Positions 57,641 to 64,000 of a stretch of 64,000 bases of DNA are shown piece by piece. Source of the stretch: an uncultured Bacteroidaceae bacterium (GTDB lineage: Bacteria; Bacteroidota; Bacteroidia; Bacteroidales; Bacteroidaceae); contig CAJOIE010000011.1 of the NCBI GenBank assembly GCA_905234605.1, positions 3,256 through 67,255 of the forward strand, written 5' to 3'. Made by a program: the position numbers and the translations under genes. How positions within the stretch are numbered: the first letter of the stretch is position 1; the number at the start of each line of letters is the position of its first letter. The notes under the pieces were generated by a model, which searched no databases, was not told the origin of the DNA, and was given only the letters and a program-made list of their open reading frames with translations.

Positions 57641-60600
57641 ATGAAAACAAGACTCCTTTTGCTCATGGCTGTCAGCCTGATGGCGGGCACGGCTCGTGCG
57701 CAGCGCCACACCGACCGGCTCGACCGTGGTCTGGTGGCCGTTCCTGCCAATGTCAACGGTGCCAGCGGCAGCGGCAACTTCGTCAGTTGGAAGATATTCG
57801 GGGAAGAATACTACGACGTCACCTACAACCTCTACTGCAACGGTGCCAAGGTGGCCTCCAACCTCAAGGTGGGATGCTACAGCCATGCCGCAGGCACGGC
57901 CTCGAGCCGCTATCAGGTGGCTGCCGTGGTGGGCGGCGTGGAGCAGGAGCTGTGCGCGGCTGTCACACGGTGGAACAACGGCTACAAGGACATCCCCGTG
58001 GCTGCCGTCGTCGACCGTACGGGCACCGACGTGACGTCGCAGTATATCCTCAACGACATCTCGCTGGGCGACGTCACGGGCAACGGCATTCCCGAGTTCA
58101 TTGTCAAGCGCAACTACACGGGCGACATACTCAACGCCAGCAACCGCACACTCTTCCACCACTATGAGTGCTACACCCTTGGCGGTGAGCGTCTGTGGTG
58201 GATAGACCTCGGCCCGAACCTCATGGCCGGTCCCGACGAGCAGTGGGACCTCGTGGCCTACGACTGGGACGAGGACGGCCGCGCCGAGTGCATCATGCGC
58301 GGTGCCGACAACATGATTATCCATACTGCCACGGGCAAGGTCATCAACATTGGCAACATGAACTACTATGCTCCGCGCTATGAATACACACGCGACGGAG
58401 CCGAGTATCTGCTCTACCTCAACGGAGCCACGGGCGAGCCCTATGGCTGGGATGGCACGAGCACAGCGTTCACGCCCATGGCCTACCCGCTGCCGCGCTT
58501 CGAGAGTGGCGAGAGCGACTACGAGGCCGTCTGGGGCAAGAACGACACCGGCCACCGTGCCACCAAGCACTATTTCGGTGCGCCGTTCCTCGACGGCCGC
58601 CACGCCAGCATCTTCCTCGGCCGCGGCTGCTACACGCGCCATAAGATGTGTGCCCTCGACGTAGACCCCGCCACCCACGTGCTGACACAGCGCTGGCGAT
58701 GGAACGAGTACAGCGGCGGCAGCCCCTGGTTTGGCAACGGCTTCCACAACTTCGCCATTGCCGACGTGGACTGGGACGGTCGCGATGAGATAGTCTTCGG
58801 CTCGATGGTTATCGACGACAACGGGCGCGGACTCTGCACTACGGGGCTCGGTCACGGCGACGCGCAGCACTGTGCCGACCTTGACCCTTACCGGCACGGC
58901 AACGAGCAGTTCGTGTGCAACGAGACGTCGCCGGCATGCACATACTACAATGCCACCACGGGCAAGATATACTACCGCCTGCAAAGCACGTCCGACGACG
59001 GCCGTGCCCTCTGTGCCAACTTCTCCAATGCCTTCCCTGGCAGCATGGGGCGCAGCACACAGTCGGGTCTCGTCTCGACAGTGTCGGACAAGGTGATAAG
59101 CGGCGGTCCCTCCACGGGCGGCACCAATGATGCCCTCTTCTGGAGCCACCTCAACCAGCGCATATACTGGGACGGCGACCTGCTCGACGAGGTGCTCGAC
59201 AGCCCTGGCACCGAGCGTGAGGCTGCTGTCTACAAGCCCGACGGCGGGCGTCTCTTCACCTCGAGCGGCTGCCAGATGAACAACGACTCGAAGAACAACC
59301 CCGGTGCCCTGGCCGACATCTTCGGCGACTGGCGCGAGGAGATAGTGTGCCGTGCCAACGGCAGCACGGCCATACGCATATATACCACTGCCATACCCAC
59401 CACCTACCGCATCTACACTCTCTGGCACGACCATCAGTACCGCAATGCCATGGTATGGCAGTGCGTGGGCTACAACCAGCCGCCCCACAAGAGCTACTTC
59501 CTCGGTCAGCTTGAGGGCATCACCGTGGCTCCGCCGCCATTGACCACGGCAGGTCGCACCGTCATTGCCGACGGCGGCACCATCGGGGCAGCACAGGCCG
59601 GCCAGCATGTGCTGGTGTGCGAGACAGCCAACACCACAGTCAGTGTCGACAATGGCGCAGCTCCGCATGTAGCCACATTCAACGTGCCCACATGGGTGCA
59701 GGGCACCAACAGCAATGTGCTCAACGGCACGGCGGTGGTGCGCACAGAGGTCTACACCTGCAACGTCACAGGCGGGGCTTTCGCGGGCGACATGCGTCTG
59801 GTCAAGCAGGGCGACGGCGTGCTCAACCTGCCCGCCGTGGAGCAGACCTACACGGGCAACACCGACATCTGGGCCGGCACCCTCAACTTCGACGGCAAGC
59901 TCCATCACAGCAGCCTGTGGCTCAACCGTTTTGCCGAGCTCAACTCCGCCGGCGGCGAGTTCCGCAGCATCAAGATGGACTATGCCTCCGTCCTGCGCCC
60001 CGGCAAGGGCAACAACCGCGGCAGCATAACCACCGACTCCCTGCTGCTGGGCTTCGGCTCGCGCTTGCAGATGGATGTCTACAGCACCGACATCACGGCC
60101 GATGTCATTTCCACCAACCTCCTCTCCATCGGGACCAAGCTCACCGGCAACTGGCTCACCTATGGCCCGCAGTATCTGGCCCCCGTCTTGGAGCTCGTGC
60201 CCCACATACCGGCCGCCGAGACCATGTTCGCCCCTGGCCGCTATCTCCTCTTCACGAATGTGGCCAAGGTGTCGGGCAACCTCTCCGACATCATTCTCGA
60301 GGGTCTCGGCACCACGGTCAAGGCACGCCTCGTGCAGGACGGCACCGACATCTACCTCGTGGTGGAGGGCGTGCGCAGCCCCTCGGACATCGTCTGGACG
60401 GGTGCCGAGAGTGCCACATGGCAGTTCGGCGGCGATGCCAACTTCGCCCTGTCATCCGCTGTGGCAGGTCCGGGTGAGAGCTTTGTCACCGGCGACGTGG
60501 TGCGCTTCACCGACACAGCCACCCGCGTGGCCGTCACTGTCAAGGGCGACATCGAGGCCGACAGCATCATCGTCGATGCAGCCAAGAACTACACCTTCAG

Positions 60601-62236
60601 CGGCACAGGGGCCATCGTGGGAGCCACCACGCTGGTGAAGCGCGGCACGGGCATGCTCACCGTAGCCACCGACAACAGCTACACCGGCGGCACGCGCATC
60701 AGCGGCGGCGTCGTGGCTGCCAACTCCTTGTCGAATGCCAACCAGGCTTACGGACATCTGGGAGCCATGAACACGGCACCTGCCAAGTTCATCATTGAGA
60801 ACGGTGCGGAGCTGCGCACCACACAGGCTGTCACCCAGGGCTCGCCCATGCAGATGCTCACTGCCGAGGGCGGTGTCATCAACAATGCCGCCGACTTCGT
60901 TGTCAACAGTGCCATCTCGGGCACCAAGCTTACCAAGAAAGGCTCCGGCTGGATGAAGATGAACGTGGCCGGCAACCTCAGCCGCCTCGTTGTCCAGGGA
61001 GGCACCGTGCAGTGCATCAACGCCGCCAAGGTGGCCTCCATCGTGGAGTTCGAGGGCGGCACCTACACCGAGAACACCGGCTCCAACTTTGCCATCAACG
61101 TGGCCAAGGGCAAGACCGGCGTGTGGAACACTGCCAACCGTGCGACCTACTCCAACAAGATAACCGGACAGGGCACACTCACCATCTTCTGCGAGGAGGA
61201 GAAGGGCAACACATGGTTTGCCACACGCACGCAGTTAGGCATCAACCTTGCCGACTTCGAGGGCACCATCAACGCCACCGGACGCAGCGACGACAGCGGT
61301 GCGCGCTGGACTCTCAACACCGCCAGCGGCATGCCCAAGGGCACGCTCAACATAGCTGCCGGCTTAGAGGTGCAGAACACCGGCAAGAGCTTTGCCATCG
61401 GGCGTGTCGCCGGCACGGGCAAGCTGGGCGGCTACGCCTCATTCTCCAACAGCGGCGGCTCGGGAGCCAACACATGGGTGCTGGGCGACGACACCAACTG
61501 GACATGGGGCGGCACCGTGACCTCCAACTCCAACTTCACCAAGGGCGGCAGCGGCAAACTCACCATCACGACCAACACCAAGCACGACTTCACGGGTGTT
61601 GCCCGTGTCAATGCCGGCGAGCTGCACATCAACGCAGGCGTGACGCTCGGCACGGGAACCCTCACCGTGGCCAACGGAGCCATACTCTCCGGCGTGACAG
61701 GCAACAGCGGGCTCACCAACTCGGCATTCACCTTCAGCTCCGGCTCCACGCTACAGGTGGGTGCCACGGCTGCTGCCACTTCGGGTGTCATCGACTTTGG
61801 CGGCAAGAACGTCGTCTTTGCCCGCAACTCTGTGCTGCAGTTAGGCATAGGCCGTGCGGCCACGGCCACGCTCACCGGAGGCACGTCGTTGCAGAACATC
61901 GCGCGCCTCAACATGAACGGCATCATCGACCTGCACTACGCCTCGAGCCTCAACCTGCAGGCAGGCGACAGTGTGCTCCTATGGAAGAATGTAGCCACCT
62001 TCAGCGGCACGCCCGAGCTGTTGGACACCGTCATCAACGAGCACCTCTACTGGGACACGGCCGACATAGCCCAGGGCATACTGCGTGTGGCACAGCGACC
62101 CGACGCCGTGGGTGCACCGGTGGCCGAGGGTGCCGCTGCCGATGCTGAGGTCTACTCGCTCGACGGCCGGCGCGTGGCAGCCCCGCGGCGCGGACAGGTC
62201 TACGTCGTTGGCCGCCGCAAGGTGCTCTGCAAGTGA
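57641..62236 (+). CDS. Rhamnogalacturonan lyase (PL11 beta-propeller) fused to autotransporter-associated beta-strand (PATR) repeats and a T9SS C-terminal sorting domain
   Basis: 1531 aa after trimming to MKTRLLLLMAVSLMAGTARAQ. The N-terminal 650 aa or so (...DRLDRGLVAVPA...SWKIFGEEYYDVTYNLYCNG..., FG-GAP-like ...DVTGNGIPEF..., ...YDWDEDGRAECI..., ...ADVDWDGRDEIVFG..., ...IFGDWREEIV...) follow the YesW/PL11 pattern. The middle region has PATR motifs (LVKQGDGVLNL...TYTGNTDIWAGTL, LVKRGTGMLTVATDNSYTGGTRISGGVV, FTKGGSGKLTITTNT...ARVNAGELHIN). The tail is ...EVYSLDGRRVAAPRRGQVYVVGRRKVLCK. Confidence 0.8.
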   Translation: MKTRLLLLMAVSLMAGTARAQRHTDRLDRGLVAVPANVNGASGSGNFVSWKIFGEEYYDVTYNLYCNGAKVASNLKVGCYSHAAGTASSRYQVAAVVGGVEQELCAAVTRWNNGYKDIPVAAVVDRTGTDVTSQYILNDISLGDVTGNGIPEFIVKRNYTGDILNASNRTLFHHYECYTLGGERLWWIDLGPNLMAGPDEQWDLVAYDWDEDGRAECIMRGADNMIIHTATGKVINIGNMNYYAPRYEYTRDGAEYLLYLNGATGEPYGWDGTSTAFTPMAYPLPRFESGESDYEAVWGKNDTGHRATKHYFGAPFLDGRHASIFLGRGCYTRHKMCALDVDPATHVLTQRWRWNEYSGGSPWFGNGFHNFAIADVDWDGRDEIVFGSMVIDDNGRGLCTTGLGHGDAQHCADLDPYRHGNEQFVCNETSPACTYYNATTGKIYYRLQSTSDDGRALCANFSNAFPGSMGRSTQSGLVSTVSDKVISGGPSTGGTNDALFWSHLNQRIYWDGDLLDEVLDSPGTEREAAVYKPDGGRLFTSSGCQMNNDSKNNPGALADIFGDWREEIVCRANGSTAIRIYTTAIPTTYRIYTLWHDHQYRNAMVWQCVGYNQPPHKSYFLGQLEGITVAPPPLTTAGRTVIADGGTIGAAQAGQHVLVCETANTTVSVDNGAAPHVATFNVPTWVQGTNSNVLNGTAVVRTEVYTCNVTGGAFAGDMRLVKQGDGVLNLPAVEQTYTGNTDIWAGTLNFDGKLHHSSLWLNRFAELNSAGGEFRSIKMDYASVLRPGKGNNRGSITTDSLLLGFGSRLQMDVYSTDITADVISTNLLSIGTKLTGNWLTYGPQYLAPVLELVPHIPAAETMFAPGRYLLFTNVAKVSGNLSDIILEGLGTTVKARLVQDGTDIYLVVEGVRSPSDIVWTGAESATWQFGGDANFALSSAVAGPGESFVTGDVVRFTDTATRVAVTVKGDIEADSIIVDAAKNYTFSGTGAIVGATTLVKRGTGMLTVATDNSYTGGTRISGGVVAANSLSNANQAYGHLGAMNTAPAKFIIENGAELRTTQAVTQGSPMQMLTAEGGVINNAADFVVNSAISGTKLTKKGSGWMKMNVAGNLSRLVVQGGTVQCINAAKVASIVEFEGGTYTENTGSNFAINVAKGKTGVWNTANRATYSNKITGQGTLTIFCEEEKGNTWFATRTQLGINLADFEGTINATGRSDDSGARWTLNTASGMPKGTLNIAAGLEVQNTGKSFAIGRVAGTGKLGGYASFSNSGGSGANTWVLGDDTNWTWGGTVTSNSNFTKGGSGKLTITTNTKHDFTGVARVNAGELHINAGVTLGTGTLTVANGAILSGVTGNSGLTNSAFTFSSGSTLQVGATAAATSGVIDFGGKNVVFARNSVLQLGIGRAATATLTGGTSLQNIARLNMNGIIDLHYASSLNLQAGDSVLLWKNVATFSGTPELLDTVINEHLYWDTADIAQGILRVAQRPDAVGAPVAEGAAADAEVYSLDGRRVAAPRRGQVYVVGRRKVLCK

Positions 62237-62261
62237 GGCACTGCGGCGTTGCTCCACACAT

Positions 62262-62309
62262 CCTCACCCCCGCCTCTCTCCCACCGAGAGGGCGGGGGTG
62301 AGGCTTTTT
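62262..62309 (+). terminator. Intrinsic terminator after the PL11 gene
   Basis: CCTCACCCCCGCCTCTC-tcccacc-GAGAGGGCGGGGGTGAGG forms a stem of about 17 bp with one bulge, followed by CTTTTT. Confidence 0.7.
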
Positions 62310-62367
62310 CTTCATGCCTGTAACATTGTTTAACAGCAGCAAGGTAAGCGGGCTGCGCCGTATGCGT

Positions 62368-62375
62368 TAGTTTTG
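62368..62375 (+). promoter_or_regulatory. Candidate -7 box TAGTTTTG for the BACON-repeat gene
   Basis: It matches TAnnTTTG and lies 51 nt upstream of ATG 62426. Confidence 0.3.
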
Positions 62376-62425
62376 TCACATCTTAGGTGCATCCGTACAT
62401 GAGATGCACATGCCATATCAATATT

Positions 62426-64000
62426 ATGAGACACATCACTACCAACTTCCTACCCGCTGTGGCTCTCGCGGGTGCCGCGCTGCTCACCTCATGTGCCGAC
62501 GGCAACGACTGGGGCGATGGCTGGACGGCATCGTCCATCGGTCGCTATCTCAACATCGCAGCCACCACGTTCCAGCTTCCGGCCGGCAGCTCTCAAGGTA
62601 AGGTCGCCGTCGAGGCGGTGACCACTCCGTGGCGTTTCAGCGGCATGGCACCGTGGCTCACGGTGTCACCCGTGGAGGGCAACGCCGATGCCACGGTCAC
62701 GCTCAGTGCCACAGCCAACCTGTCCGGCGAGCACCTTCGCACGAGCGTGTTCACCCTCGCCTCCCTGACCCCCGACTACCCCGTCAGCCGCACACTCTCT
62801 GTCACGCAGGTTGCCGCCACGCCCTACATCACCCTGTCGCGCACGACGCTCGCGGTGCCTGCCGCTTCCACGCAGCTCAGCGTAGGGGTCGACGCCAATG
62901 TCGGCTGGAGCCTTGCTGCCGACGGCGCGTGGCTCCGTGCCACGGTGAGTGCCGACAGCACGCTCATCACCATCTCCGCTGATGAGCACACGGGCAGCAC
63001 CACGCGCACTGCCGTCGTCAGCGTCACCTCGGCAGCAGGGGCATCGACAGAGCTCATCGTGACGCAGGCCGCGGCCTCCGACCCTGTCGTCGAGGGTGCG
63101 TCGCTCAGCTATCCCAGCACCGGCGGAGCCTACCAGCTCACGCTTGAGAGCGAGGTGGCGTGGACCACCGAGGCCTCGGCATCGTGGGTGGAGATAGCTC
63201 CTTCGGCCGGCGAAGCCGGCACCCACACGCTCACCGTGACAGCCCTGCCCAACGGCAGCCTGACGGAGCGCACGGCATTCGTGTATGTCAACATCGGCGG
63301 AGAGCGACGCCTCTCCATACCCGTGGAGCAGGAGGGGCTCTACCTGCGGCTCTCGGCATCATCGCTCACCTTCGACGCCTCGGCATCGGCCGCCTCGCTC
63401 ACCCTCACCTCCAACACCTCGTGGCAGGTGCTCGACGCTCCCGAGTGGCTCAGCGTGGAGCCAGCATCGGGCAGCGGCGGAGCCACACTCAGCGTCGTGC
63501 CCTCCGACAACTGGGACACCGCCTCGCGCTCCGGCACACTGCGCATAGGGCAGGCCTCCACGGGTCTCGCCGCCAATGTCGCCGTGACGCAGTCGGGGCG
63601 CACCTTCCCCAACCTGATAGCCTCGATAGACTTCGGTGTCGACGGCGGCACGTCGGACGTGGACATCGCCACCGACGGACGCTGGACAGCCACGGTCTCC
63701 CACGAATGGCTCACCGTGGAGCCTGCCTCGGGCACGGGTCCGGCCACGCTCACGGTGACGGCCGCCGCCAACCTCTCCGACGCCGCGCGCCTCGGCAGCG
63801 TGAGCGTCAGCGTGGGCAGCACCACGCACACCATCTCCGTGACGCAGGCAGGCCGCTACTTCACCCTCGAGCCCACAGCCTTCGGCGAGATAAGCTCGCG
63901 CGGCGGCTCCCACAGCGTGCACATCTCCACCAACGAGACGTGGAAGGCCACCTCCACGTCGGCATGGATGCAGCTGTCGCAGCGCGAGGGCACGGGCGAC
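62426..64000 (+). CDS. Lipoprotein with tandem BACON domains (5' partial; continues beyond the window)
   Basis: Not in the ORF track because no stop falls within the window. I hand-translated the frame and it is open for all 525 codons. MRHITTNFLPAVALAGAALLTSCADGND is a lipobox. At least six repeats of about 80 aa follow the pattern W...s...WL.v.P.sG.g...ltvtA..N....R.a.v.V......... i.VtQ, typical of BACON domains. Confidence 0.75.
   Translation, partial: MRHITTNFLPAVALAGAALLTSCADGNDWGDGWTASSIGRYLNIAATTFQLPAGSSQGKVAVEAVTTPWRFSGMAPWLTVSPVEGNADATVTLSATANLSGEHLRTSVFTLASLTPDYPVSRTLSVTQVAATPYITLSRTTLAVPAASTQLSVGVDANVGWSLAADGAWLRATVSADSTLITISADEHTGSTTRTAVVSVTSAAGASTELIVTQAAASDPVVEGASLSYPSTGGAYQLTLESEVAWTTEASASWVEIAPSAGEAGTHTLTVTALPNGSLTERTAFVYVNIGGERRLSIPVEQEGLYLRLSASSLTFDASASAASLTLTSNTSWQVLDAPEWLSVEPASGSGGATLSVVPSDNWDTASRSGTLRIGQASTGLAANVAVTQSGRTFPNLIASIDFGVDGGTSDVDIATDGRWTATVSHEWLTVEPASGTGPATLTVTAAANLSDAARLGSVSVSVGSTTHTISVTQAGRYFTLEPTAFGEISSRGGSHSVHISTNETWKATSTSAWMQLSQREGTGD

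Noticed and set aside
57635-60205. An 856-aa minus-strand ORF
   Set aside because: It is antisense to the PL11 lyase gene, whose translation has clear family motifs. The antisense translation is Ala/Val/Gly/His-rich noise.
57641-64000. A polysaccharide utilisation locus (PUL) call for the PL11 / BACON region
   Set aside because: No SusC-like TonB-dependent transporter, SusD-like protein, hybrid two-component or ECF/anti-sigma regulator is present within the window, so a PUL cannot be claimed from what is visible.
1-64000. A search for tRNA, rRNA, tmRNA/RNase P-like RNAs, riboswitches, transposases, integrases and prophage or defence genes
   Set aside because: I inspected every intergenic gap longer than 80 bp by eye. 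None has a cloverleaf-compatible sequence or a leader I recognise, and no ORF has recombinase, transposase or phage motifs. A covariance-model scan (Infernal/Rfam, tRNAscan-SE) would be needed to be definitive.

Overview
This is a 64-kb chromosomal segment from a high-GC Bacteroidota genome. I infer Bacteroidales, Prevotellaceae-like, from T9SS C-terminal tails, BACON repeats, TAnnTTTG promoter boxes and a Bacteroides-type argF'. Gene density is high and most genes are housekeeping. In order: an arg/pro string (argR, GNAT, argG, argC, argD, proC, proB, proA, argF'); rlpA; a wza-wzc pair with a secreted lyase/hydrolase fusion; DUF3108, an Ig-like lipoprotein and a GH3-family gene; rnc-fabF-acpP; pdxB-murF; folP-cdaA; an OPT transporter; pta-ackA; GT4, a NigD-like lipoprotein and an acyltransferase; ddl-rluD-PASTA; rpmH (absent from the ORF track); efp; GT2-radC; DUF59; lpxH; a large T9SS adhesin-like gene; a lipid A/LPS-core cluster (DUF4254, GT9, LtaS-like, lpxL, ept-like); a PL11 rhamnogalacturonan lyase fused to autotransporter-type beta-strand repeats and a T9SS tail; and a BACON-repeat lipoprotein that runs off the right edge. 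I saw no rRNA, tRNA, CRISPR/cas, transposase, integrase or phage genes. The main non-routine signals are: (1) an intergenic repeat family with core CACCCTGCA/TGCAGGGTG, phased every 22-23 bp, at five loci; (2) a lower-GC T9SS lectin/adhesin gene split by one frameshift, with a C8 tract and a 5x22-bp array upstream and an untracked 52-codon ORF downstream; (3) two envelope proteins and a regulator/acyl-CoA-synthetase pair embedded in the arg/pro genes; (4) an orphan Wza-Wzc pair next to a putative polysaccharide-degrading fusion enzyme; (5) an unusual PL11 + PATR + T9SS-CTD architecture. All functional calls come from reading the translated ORFs by eye, with no searches run. Hand-counted coordinates of sub-ORF features may be off by 1-2 nt.
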